Origin: an uncultured delta proteobacterium
Lineage (GTDB): Bacteria > Desulfobacterota > Binatia > Binatales > Binataceae
NCBI GenBank assembly: GCA_963808235.1
Contig: CAWEEQ010000001.1
Location: forward strand, 288,001-352,000
Direction of reading: 5' to 3'
DNA: 64,000 nucleotides
Under the pieces are notes generated by a model that saw nothing but the letters and a program-made list of their open reading frames with translations, did not search any database and was not told the DNA's origin. The position numbers and the translations under genes were made by a program. Numbering within the stretch: position 1 is the stretch's first letter; each line of letters starts with the position of its first letter. Below are positions 1 to 9,700 of the stretch, piece by piece.

Positions 1-467
1 ACGTTCACCGACACGTTCGGATTTGCCTTCAGTGTGGATGCGGCTTCATCCAGCACGGCGGCATCACCCGGCCTGATCTTCGACTTGTTAAAGTCGAAAT
101 GTACGCCGCGCAGGATCAACTTCTGCGGTGGCGGCGGAGGCGGAGGTGGCGGCGGTGGTGGCGGAGGAGGCGGTGGCGGCGGTGGAGGTGGCGGCGGCTG
201 GATTATCGGATCGCAGATGTAGTGTCCGGCCAATCCACCCAGAACCAAGCCGGCCCCGCCGAGGCCAGCGGTCCAGGCAGCCATATTTTCGTGGTCCCCG
301 GTGCTCTCATTGATGGCGACGCCGATTCCCGCTCCTGCCGCCGCGCCCAGGATTGCGCCTCCGATTGCGCACCCATCCCAGCGACGAGGCTGCGACATGT
401 TGGAGCAGCCCGAGATCAGCGAAAGGATCGCTATCCCGACTAAAATTTTTACCGGTTTTCTGAACAC
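1..467 (-). CDS. OmpA-family outer-membrane lipoprotein (partial, runs off the window start)
   Basis: Not in the ORF track; translated by hand. GTG at 467 follows AGGAAGG. MFRKPVKILVGIAILSLISG-C lipobox, glycine zipper (GGAILGAAAGAGIG), 24 consecutive Pro, then QKLILRGVHFDFNKSKIRPGDAAVLDEAASTLKANPNVSVNV, the start of an OmpA_C domain. Confidence 0.9.
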   Translation of the reverse strand, partial: MFRKPVKILVGIAILSLISGCSNMSQPRRWDGCAIGGAILGAAAGAGIGVAINESTGDHENMAAWTAGLGGAGLVLGGLAGHYICDPIIQPPPPPPPPPPPPPPPPPPPPPPPPQKLILRGVHFDFNKSKIRPGDAAVLDEAASTLKANPNVSVN

Positions 468-658
468 GATTTACCTTCCTTTTCTGGCAGGTTCCCCCCA
501 AATCGGCGAACCCACGGTTAAGCGAATTGTGCCGGGCGGACGCTTTGCGTATCTAAAGCAATCCTACACAACCCAGCGCTACTTCCCGGCGAATTTTAAA
601 ACACAACCGCCCCTAAATCCAGCCCCCGAAACAGCAACTTTTATGCCGATTCCGTCTC

Positions 659-919
659 CTACGGCATTTCGAGCAGGCATCGCGCACACAGAGCCCATCG
701 GCTCTCGCCGCCAGCCGGTACTACGAGTATCGCCGCGATCACAAGGTCAGCGTCGCCGCAGCGCCGGCAGATCATCTGGTCGCAAGTGCCATGTTCTTTG
801 AGCCAACATTCAGCGATGGCGGTTGGATCGTCGATCAGCTCGACCCTGATCAAGTTATGTCCGGTTTCCAAAACCTCCCCCAGTCGCGCGCCTTGGGCAG
901 GCGACGCGTTTGCCGCCAA
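659..919 (-). CDS. Small Cys-rich hypothetical protein (possible zinc finger)
   Basis: 86-aa ORF with ECWLKEHGTC, CRRC and CARC; same strand as and 27 bp downstream of the Crp gene. Start uncertain. Confidence 0.45.
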   Translation of the reverse strand: MAANASPAQGARLGEVLETGHNLIRVELIDDPTAIAECWLKEHGTCDQMICRRCGDADLVIAAILVVPAGGESRWALCARCLLEMP

Positions 920-946
920 TGAAATTACACGTGCAGCTCGCGCCCG

Positions 947-1681
947 CTAATCGGGCGTTCTGCCGACCAATTGAGCATGCTTCCCGATTGATTCCTGGAG
1001 CTCGGCAACCCGCACGACCAGTTGTCGTCCCTGGCGAATCAGAAATTTCTCGCGCTCGAGACGCGCCAGATGTTCGGTGGTTCTCGGCCGCGAGGCGCCG
1101 ACCAGGTTGGCGATGTCTTTGTGGCCGAAGGAAACCCGGAGCAGAGTCCCGCGCGATTCTTCGATTCCAAAGTCGGAGCACAACTCGAGCAGGGTAATCG
1201 CGATGCGCTCGCGAAGTCCGAGATTCAGAAAGCTGGAACTGCGCAGCAACAGCCGATACCACTGCTTCAGATCGTTTTCGCGCAGGTGCTCGAACGCCGA
1301 CTCGGTCGATTTTTCGGTGATGCCGCCGAATTGATCGCGGCTCAAGCTCCCGACTCTGCAGTCGTTGTACGCCTCGCACTGAAAGTTGGATTGGCTCATC
1401 GGCAGCGAAGGAAACTCGGGAATCGGACCCGGCGCGAGCAAGGCGACCGTGACCCGCTCGCTGCGCGCATTCAGGCAAGTGATGCGCGCGATGCCTGTTA
1501 ACAAAATGTTTACTTCAGACGCGAGCGCAGCTTCGCGCAAGATCACGTCACGTCGTTTGAAGTTTGCCAGCACGAGCGCGCCGACGAGTAGGGTTAGTTC
1601 TTGGGTGGAAAGCCAGGAGAGAGCTTTGAGGCGGCTCAGGCGGTCGAAGTCAGTGTCGCGATGACTTTTGAGATCATTCAA
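947..1681 (-). CDS. Crp/Fnr family transcriptional regulator
   Basis: cNMP-like beta-barrel N-terminus (ILLTGIARI), LRERIAITLLEL hinge helix, HTH HKDIANLVGASRPRTTEHL. Confidence 0.9.
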   Translation of the reverse strand: MNDLKSHRDTDFDRLSRLKALSWLSTQELTLLVGALVLANFKRRDVILREAALASEVNILLTGIARITCLNARSERVTVALLAPGPIPEFPSLPMSQSNFQCEAYNDCRVGSLSRDQFGGITEKSTESAFEHLRENDLKQWYRLLLRSSSFLNLGLRERIAITLLELCSDFGIEESRGTLLRVSFGHKDIANLVGASRPRTTEHLARLEREKFLIRQGRQLVVRVAELQESIGKHAQLVGRTPD

Positions 1682-1742
1682 TATTGCACCTTCTTTTGGA
1701 TGCTCAGAGCATACGCCGATGGCGACAATAAGAGAAACGCAA

Positions 1743-1758
1743 TGTTACCTGTTTGACA
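1743..1758. promoter_or_regulatory. Crp-box-like site TGTTA-N6-TGACA
   Basis: Resembles TGTGA-N6-TCACA; ~60 bp upstream of the first Crp gene. A similar site lies at 2711-2726. Confidence 0.4.
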
Positions 1759-1911
1759 GATATATTGTGCTGAAAAGAACTGTGACGGAAGCAATTCTGG
1801 GCATCTGCGCCGTTTCAGAAGCCAAGCTTAGCAGTATTCAGCAAACACAAGGGGAGTTGGGCGGGGGCGGACTCTGCCCTCGCGCGACAGCGATTTCGGC
1901 TTTGCGAGGAA

Positions 1912-2664
1912 TTATGGAGTGGCTGCTTTCGCGAGTCTGTTATCGATTACCGAATGCACCTGGGCGAGAAAAGTTTCAACGCGATCGCGATTTACCGTGA
2001 AGTGATGGTGGTCGCGCGAAATCAGGTTTTTGTGCTCGAACTCGATCAGCTGCTCGGTGATCCGCGGCCGCGATGCGCCCACTAATTCGGCGAGGTCGCG
2101 ATGCCGGGCCTGCACCGTGAGGCGGATACCCTTTCCATTGCGCACACCGAAGTGCTCGCTTAGTTCGAGCAGGATCAGCGCGAGACGTTCTTCGAGGGTG
2201 CAACTCATGAAGTTCGCGCATCGCAGTTGCACCAGGTCCCATCGGCCGAGATAACTGCTCGCCATTCGCTTGAAGTCTTCGGAGTCGATACCGAGCGAAA
2301 TTTCAATAAATTTTTCCAGCTCAATGGTCCCGACCTGGCAATCGGTGATCGCCTCGCAGCGGAAGTCATACTTGATTCCGATAACTCTGGGCGGGAAGCC
2401 GGGAACCAGTCCCGGCGCAACCATCATCAGCAAGGTGCGCATGCCCTTGCGGTTGCGGCAGCTTATTCGCGCCACTCCGGAGAGCAGCACGTAAACGAAT
2501 TCGGTGGAATGATGTTCCTCGGAAATGATGCCGCGTTTTTCGACTGTGCTGACGACGAGCGCGGCGGCTAGCTTGTCCAATTGACGTGCGGTGAGCCAGG
2601 AAATATTGCCTAGTCCTCGTAATTTACGGTTTCCATATGCGTGAGCGGGAGGCATGTGAGACAA
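1912..2664 (-). CDS. Crp/Fnr family transcriptional regulator (tandem paralog)
   Basis: VLLSGVARISC, LEERLALILLEL, HTH HRDLAELVGASRPRITEQL; clearly homologous to 947-1681. Start could be ATG at 2655. Confidence 0.9.
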   Translation of the reverse strand: MSHMPPAHAYGNRKLRGLGNISWLTARQLDKLAAALVVSTVEKRGIISEEHHSTEFVYVLLSGVARISCRNRKGMRTLLMMVAPGLVPGFPPRVIGIKYDFRCEAITDCQVGTIELEKFIEISLGIDSEDFKRMASSYLGRWDLVQLRCANFMSCTLEERLALILLELSEHFGVRNGKGIRLTVQARHRDLAELVGASRPRITEQLIEFEHKNLISRDHHHFTVNRDRVETFLAQVHSVIDNRLAKAATP

Positions 2665-2710
2665 TCTACCAGAGTGGCGCAGATAAATCGTCTTTTCATT
2701 CGTCCCGCTT

Positions 2711-2726
2711 GGTTATCTTTGTAACA
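2711..2726. promoter_or_regulatory. Crp-box-like site GGTTA-N6-TAACA
   Basis: Near-palindrome with Crp spacing upstream of the second Crp gene. Confidence 0.4.
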
Positions 2727-2790
2727 GATCGACACGGTGGCTCAATGGCTTTATTCGTCTATAAGCGATAGCGTGAGGCTTCGCCCAGAT

Positions 2791-2806
2791 AGTAATCGCG
2801 ATTACT
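2791..2806. promoter_or_regulatory. Perfect 16-bp palindrome AGTAATCGCGATTACT (putative operator)
   Basis: Exact inverted repeat in a divergent intergenic region, ~15 bp upstream of the AAGGAG RBS at 2821. Confidence 0.5.
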
Positions 2807-2834
2807 CACATCGAGCCACCAAGGAGTATATCCA

Positions 2835-3032
2835 CTGACACTAGTTAATATAGTCGTGATTCTGGTCGTAGTAGGTTTAGTGATGTGGCTAATCAATACC
2901 TACATTCCGATGGCCGGCGCGATCAAGAGCCTGCTGAACGTAGTCGTTTTCGTGGTGGTGTTGATTTGGCTCTTGCAGACTTTTGGATTGATTGGAAATA
3001 TTCCGGGCGTGAAAATACCGGCGCTCAAATGA
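2835..3032 (+). CDS. Small two-TM membrane protein (Thivi_2564-like)
   Basis: Missed by the ORF track. AAGGAG RBS, then CTG start: (M)TLVNIVVILVVVGLVMWLINTYIPMAGAIKSLLNVVVFVVVLIWLLQTFGLIGNIPGVKIPALK*. The WLINTYIPM..IK..LN pattern is typical of the family. Confidence 0.8.
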   Translation: MTLVNIVVILVVVGLVMWLINTYIPMAGAIKSLLNVVVFVVVLIWLLQTFGLIGNIPGVKIPALK

Positions 3033-3067
3033 CTACTGACTTGTTACAATGACTACTGACTTGTTGC
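3028..3067. repeat. 20-bp tandem duplication AATGACTACTGACTTGTT(A/G)C x2
   Basis: Units 3028-3047 and 3048-3067 differ at one base and overlap the stop codon of the small membrane gene. Confidence 0.85.
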
Positions 3068-3194
3068 GATGAAGCTCGAAATCAAACCTATCCAGCCACG
3101 CGACGCCGTATCCCGGCGCTTGGCTTCCGGCCGCGACCTCGCGGCATCCTCTCCAGCAGCCCAGCGGCTCCCGCCGTCAGGCAATTGGTGATAA

Positions 3195-3246
3195 GGCGGG
3201 CATCCGGGAGACTCCCCCCTCCCTCGGTGCCCGCCGACTTTTTCTT
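3195..3246 (+). terminator. GC-rich stem-loop with U-tract (intrinsic terminator or sRNA 3' end)
   Basis: GGCGGGCA..CCGGGAG / CTCCC.TCGGTGCCCGCC stem, C-rich loop, followed by ACTTTTTCTT. Confidence 0.55.
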
Positions 3247-3312
3247 GCAGCGTAGGTCTCTGCCAGGGTTGAGGTCGGTGCCGATGAACCTGAAATCGTA
3301 GTCGGAGGAACA

Positions 3313-3537
3313 ATGAAACCAATCGTAATGGTCGGCGCGATTTTGGTCCTGCTCGGAATCCTCGGGCTTGCGATACCGCAATTCACGACCCACGAAACCA
3401 AAAATGTGGTGTCGCTGGGCGACGTGAAAATCCAGGCCAACGAACCGACCGAGCACACGATTCCGCCCATCGTAAGCAGCGCTGCGATAATCGTCGGCGC
3501 AGTCCTGCTCGGCAGCGGCCTGTACCGGAAGCAATAG
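3313..3537 (+). CDS. Small membrane protein (DUF3185-like)
   Basis: GGAGGA RBS; two hydrophobic segments flanking FTTHETKNVVSLGDVKIQA...IPP. Confidence 0.75.
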   Translation: MKPIVMVGAILVLLGILGLAIPQFTTHETKNVVSLGDVKIQANEPTEHTIPPIVSSAAIIVGAVLLGSGLYRKQ

Positions 3538-3727
3538 TGCTAATGGTGCTCGGTTCAAATTTGATAATATCGTAAACCGGCAGCGCCTTGGCGAGCGAGC
3601 GAGGTTGCCGCAGACCTGGCGCGGAGAGTTGCAGCGAGATGCCGACTTAAGATGAACCGATTCCGCAAGCGTCTCGCACCTGTCTCGCGCCGCGCGCTCG
3701 CCGACTCTGCCGACCATCGAGGCTAGT

Positions 3728-6700
3728 TTGAATCCTGTATTTCTGCGGGCGCTGAAAGGCCCGGGCCCATCGTTCGCCCGCGACATCGAAGAACCGATCC
3801 GCTCGGAACTGTTCAGTATCGAGCGTCTCGAACAGCATGGCGAGACGCTCGCAGTTGCCCAGCGCGTTACCGACCGGCCCGGCGCGGGACGTCCGATTGC
3901 GCCCCGGATACGCGCCAACGCGCGGGTCCTGCTCGACGTCTATCGCAGCACTGCCGCCGCGATCCGTGAGGAACGCGCGATCACACCCGCGGCCGAATGG
4001 CTGGTCGATAACTTTCACGTCGTCGAGCAGCAGATTCGCGAGATTCGCGACGACCTTCCGCGCGGTTTCTATCGCCAGCTGCCCAAGCTTGCCGACGGCC
4101 CGCTCGAGGGTTACCCGCGCGTATTCGGAATCGCGTGGGCCTTCGTTGCGCACACCGACAGCTACTTCGACCCGAGTACGCTCGGCCGGTTTGTGCATGC
4201 GTACCAGCGGGTGCAGCCGCTGACGATCGGCGAGCTTTGGGCGGTCGCAATCACGCTTCGTATTGTGCTGGTCGAAAACCTGCGCCGTTCCGCCGCGAGA
4301 ATCGCGAGCGATCGGATGGACCGCCAGCGAGCCGACGCTCTGGCCGACCGCCTGCTCGGAGACGGCGGCCGCGAGCCCGAGCCGGTTGCGACCGTTCTTA
4401 AGTCGCTCGATCGAGCACCGCTGCGGCCGGCGTTTGCGGTGCAGTTGGTGCAGCGGTTGCGCGATCAGGATCCCCGGGTAACGCCGGCGCTGGTCTGGCT
4501 CGATGAACGCTTGCGCGCGCAAAACACCACCGCCGACGAAGTCGTCAGCGCGGTCCATCAGGGGCAGGGCGCGATGAACGTGACCGTGCGCAACGTGATC
4601 ACCAGCATGCGCCTGATGTCGGCGGTCGATTGGGCGGATTTTTTCGAGAGTGTGAGCGTGGTCGATGCGATCCTGCGCGCCGATAGCGACTTCGCCGCGA
4701 TGGACTTCGCGACCCGCGACAGTTACCGCCACGCGATCGAGAAACTCGCCCGCGGCTCGGCGCATAGCGAGATCGAGGTTGCCGAGCACGCCGTGGCGGC
4801 GGTCAAACGCGCGGCACCCGAAGGGATGAGTCGCGACGCCGTGACTGCGCTTCGCGAGCGTGACCCCGGCTACTACCTGGTCTCGCGCGGCCGACATGCC
4901 TTCGAGAAAGAACTTGGATTTCGAGCCCCGATTCGTGACTGGATAGAACGCGCCAACGCGGCGGCGGGAATCGCAGGCTACGTCGGCACGATCGCGGCGG
5001 TCAGCGCAATCATTCTTATAGCGTCGCTGGTCGCGATCAGCGGCGCGCATTTGTCGGCGTGGACGCTGCTCATCCTGGCAATTGTCGGCGCAATTCCGGC
5101 GATGGAAGCCGCGGTGACGCTGGTCAATCGCGGCGTCACGATTGCAATCAGCCCCGCCATGATTCCCGCGCTCGAGCTTCGCGACGGAGTGCCCGCGAGC
5201 CTGCGCACAATCGTCGTGATGCCCACCTTGCTCACCACGCAGGCGGAAGTCGAAGAGCAGATCGAGCGGCTCGAGGTTCACTATCTCGCGAGTCCCGACG
5301 GCGAGCTGCGCTTCGCGATCCTTTCGGACTGGTGCGACTCGGCAACCGAGAGCGCCGTCGGCGACGACCAGCTGCTGGGCGCCGCGGCGAGCGCGATCGC
5401 GCAATTGAACGTTCGTCACACTCCCGCGTCCGACGGCGGCGCGCGCTTTATCCTGCTTCATCGGCGCAGAGTCTGGGACGATGCGGAAGGGAAGTGGATG
5501 GGATGGGAGCGCAAGCGCGGCAAGCTGCATGAGCTGAATCGATTGCTCCGGGGAGCGACCGACACCAACTTCCTCGGCGTGGACGGCCATCCGCCGCGCG
5601 TACCAGAGGGCATCCGCTACGTGATCACACTCGATGCCGACACTCGGCTCCCGCGCGGGGCGGCCAAGCGCCTGGTCGGCAAGATGGCTCATCCGCTCAA
5701 CGCGCCGCGCTTTGACCCGCGCTGCGGCCGCGTGGTCGAAGGCTACGGAGTTCTCCAGCCGCGGGTCACCCCGTCGCTGCCGACCGGACGCGAGGGCTCG
5801 ATTTATCCAGCGCGTGTTCTCCAGCTCGAGCGGGATCGATCCGTACGCATTCGCAATCTCCGACGTTTACCAGGATCTGTTCGGCGAGGGCTCGTACAGC
5901 GGCAAGGGTATCTACGAGGTTGACGTTTTCGAGGCGGCGCTTAGAGGCCGGGTCCCCGACAACACGCTGCTGAGTCACGATCTGTTCGAAGGAACCTTCG
6001 CGCGCTCAGGATTGGCCTCCGACGTCGAGGTGGTCGAGGAATTTCCGTCGCGCTACGACGTTGCCGCCGCAAGGCAGCATCGATGGGCTCGCGGCGATTG
6101 GCAACTGCTGCCGTGGATTTTGGGCCGCGCCGATCAAAGTCTGGACGGCGGGCGCACCAACATCGGCGACCCGCGCGCATCGATACCCGCGCTGGGGCGC
6201 TGGAAGATGATCGACAATCTGCGCCGGACCTTGTCGGCGCCGGCCGCCCTGGTCGCGTTGGTGGTCGGATGGATGCTGCCGTTTTCGGTCGCGTGGATTT
6301 GGACCGGCTTCATCGTCGCGACGATCGCGACTGCTCCGATGCTCCCGTTTATCACCGGGATAGTTCCGCGCCGGCTCGGGATCTCCAAGCGCAGCCACCT
6401 GCGGGCGGTCGTTACCGACCTCGTGGTTGGACTGTCGCAAATCGCGATGCTGCTGACTCTGCTTGCGCTTCAAGCGTGGCTGATGACCGACGCGATCGCG
6501 CGCACGCTGCATCGACTGTTCGTGAGTCATCGACGATTGCTCGAGTGGGTGACTGCGGCGCGTGCAAAGTCGGCGACCCGGCTCGATCTTCGCGGCTACT
6601 ACGAGAGCATGGCCGGGGGCGTCGGTCTCGCGATCGGCGCGGCGATTTTGGTCGCCTGCGCAAGAAGCCGGGGCGGGCTGCTCGCGGTTCCATTCGTCGT

Positions 6701-9700
6701 CTTGTGGATGTGCGGCGCCGGCGATCGCGCGATGGTCGAGTCTGCCGCCGCCGCTTGCGGGCGCCAAGCCGGTCTCCGAGGCCGACGCGCGCGCGCTTCG
6801 CCTCGCGGCTCGACGCACCTGGAGTTTTTTCGAGAAGTTCGTGACCGTGGAAGACAACTTCCTTCCGCCCGACAACTTTCAGGAAGATCCGAAACCGGTA
6901 CTGGCGCATCGGACCTCGCCCACCAATCTCGGACTCTACCTTCTTTCCGTGATTGCCGCGCACGATTTCGGCTGGACCGGCACTCACGAAACAATCGAAC
7001 GGCTCGACGCGACGCTCGCTTCGATGAACCGGCTCGAGGTGTTTCGCGGCCATTTCTACAACTGGTACGCGACCCGCGATTTGCGCCCGCTGGAACCGAA
7101 ATACGTTTCCTCAGTGGACAGCGGAAATCTCGCCGGACATCTGATCGCGCTCGGCAACGCGTGCCGCGAGATGATTACGCGTCCGGTACTGAGTCCGCAG
7201 CGAACGGCGGGAATCGAAGACTTGGTCGCGCTCACCCGCGAGTCGCTTGGCCTGCTCGCCGCCGACCGTCGAGCTCATACCGTCACGCCGAAGCAACTGG
7301 ACGAGGCGCTCGACGCGCTTTGCGTAGTGCTTCGATCGGAAGCGCTGACTCCGGCGGCCGCCGCCGCGCAGATGGCGGAACTCTCGACCCATGCCGATGC
7401 GGTAATCGATATCGCGCGAGCGCTGACCCAGGACCGCACGGATTTGGATGGTAGCGAGGTCCTGATCTGGGCGGAGCGCTGCGCGGATGCATCAGGAGTC
7501 ATCAGCGTGAACTCGAATTGCTGATGCCGTGGGCGATTCTCGCTGCTCAGAGCCCCGCTTTGCCGCACGGCGTGAAGGACGCCTGCGCCGGCGATGAAAG
7601 CGAAGGTCTCGCGACGCTATTCGAGTCGATCCCGGATCTCGGCACTCTGGCCGATCGATGCGACGATGCGGCCGCGATCCTCACTCGCCGCAAGGGGCGA
7701 AGCTCGCGGCGCAGGCGCCGCGCTCGAATCGACGCGATGCTTGCGGCGCTGGAGAGTTCCGCGCGAGCCGCAAAGGCGCTCGAGCGGCGTCTTACCGACC
7801 TCGGCGCGATGGCCGGCAAGATGTTCGATGCGATGAAGTTCGATTTTCTTTTCGATCCCGCGCGCCAACTACTTTCGATTGGGTATCGCGTCACCGAAGG
7901 CAGCCTTGACCCGAACTGCTACGACTTGCTCGCTTCGGAAGCGCGGCTTGCGAGTTTCGTCGCGATCGCCAAGGGCGATGTGCCGTCGCGTCACTGGTTT
8001 CGGCTCGGCCGCCCGATGACGCCGGTCGATCGCGGCTCGGCGCTGATTTCGTGGTCGGGATCGATGTTCGAGTACCTGATGCCGTCGCTGGTGATGCGCG
8101 CGCCGCTTGGCAGTCTGCTCGAGCAGACCAATCGGCTGGTGGTCCGCCGACAGATGAAGTACGGCGCCGAGCTAGGAGTGCCGTGGGGAGTTTCGGAATC
8201 GGCATTCAGCGCGCGCGATCTCGAACTCACCTATCAGTACTCCGAACTTCGGGGTGCCCGGGCTCGGGCTTAAGCGCGGCTTGAGCGAGAACGCGGTGAT
8301 TGCTCCGTACGCGACCGCGTTGGCGGCGATGGTCGATGCGGGTGCGGCGGCGGAAAATTTCGCCCGCCTTTTTCTGGCCGGCGGTCTCGGCCGCTTCGGC
8401 TGGTACGAAGCGCTGGACTATACTCCCTCGCGGGTTCCCGAAGGTGAGACGTCGCGATCGTTCGCGCCTACATGGCGCATCATCAGGGCATGACCTTGGT
8501 CGCGATTGCGGATGCGCTTCTGAATGGCGCGATGCGCGCGCGCTTTCACTCCGAGCCGATCATTCAGGCAACCGAGCTGTTGCTCCAGGAACGGACGCCG
8601 CGCGACGTCGCGGTTGCTCGTCCGCGGGCCGAAGAGGTCAAAACCGAGAGGCAACATCCGCGAGATCACGCGCCGACGATTCGCCGCTTCCATTCGCCGC
8701 ACGACTTGATTCCGCGCACCCATATTGCTGTCCAACGGCAAGTACACGGTGATGATCACCGCTGCCGGTTCGGGGTTCAGCCGATGGCGGGAGATGGCGG
8801 TCACGCGATGGCGCGAAGATGTTACCTGCGATTCGTGGGGCTCCTACATTTTTTTGCGCGATGTGGGCAGCGGCAAAGTCTGGTCGGCGGGTTACCAGCC
8901 GAGCCGGGGTCGAGGCGGACAGATACGAAGTCGAGTTCTCAGAAGATCGCGCGGAAATCGTGCGCCGCGACGGCACCCTTACGACCACGCTCGAAGTGGC
9001 AGTCTCGCCCGAGGATGACGCCGAGGTACGGCGCGTGTCGATCTCGAATCTCGGCAACCGCGCTCGCGAGATCGAGCTGACTTCGTATGCGGAACTGGTG
9101 TTGGCGCCCGATGCGGCCGACGCCGCGCATCCGGCCTTCTCCAAGATGTTCGTCCAGACCGAGTTTGACGCCAATATCGGCGCTCTGCTTGCGACCCGGC
9201 GGTTGCGCTCGCCTGCCGATCCGCCGGTCTGGGCCGCGCATCTGGCGGTGGTCGAAGGCGAGTCCGATCGGTGATATCCAATTCGAAACCGACCGCGCGC
9301 GATTTCTGGGCCGCGGCCGCGACGCTCATGAAGCGATTTCGGTAATCGACGGACGTCCGCTTTCCGATACTGTCGGAACAGTGCTCGATCCGATCTTCAG
9401 TCTTCGCCGGCGGGTCCGAATACCGTGCCGGTGCAACGGCGCGGGTGGCTTTCTGGACGATGGTCGCGCCGACCCGCGCGGAGGTGCTCGACCAGGCCGA
9501 CAAGCATCACGATTCCACCGCGTTCGAGCGCGCGGTAACGCTCGCGTGGACGCAGGCGCAAGTGCAGTTGCATCACCTGAGAGTCGGACGCCGACGAGGC
9601 GCATCTGTTTCAGCGTCTGGCAAATCGCGTGCTCTACTCGGATCCGACGCTGCGTCCGTCGCAGGACGTGCTGAAGCGAGGCGAGGGCGGCCCGTCGAAG

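Noticed and set aside
34-443. Poly-Gly and Arg/Trp-rich ORFs on the + strand
   Set aside because: They are antisense shadows of the poly-Pro linker in the minus-strand OmpA gene.
3647-5692. 681-aa minus-strand ORF, and similar long antisense ORFs at 15738-17129 and 59150-60346
   Set aside because: They mirror GC-rich coding genes (ndvB, repeat protein, dnaJ/dnaK) and contain no recognisable motifs.
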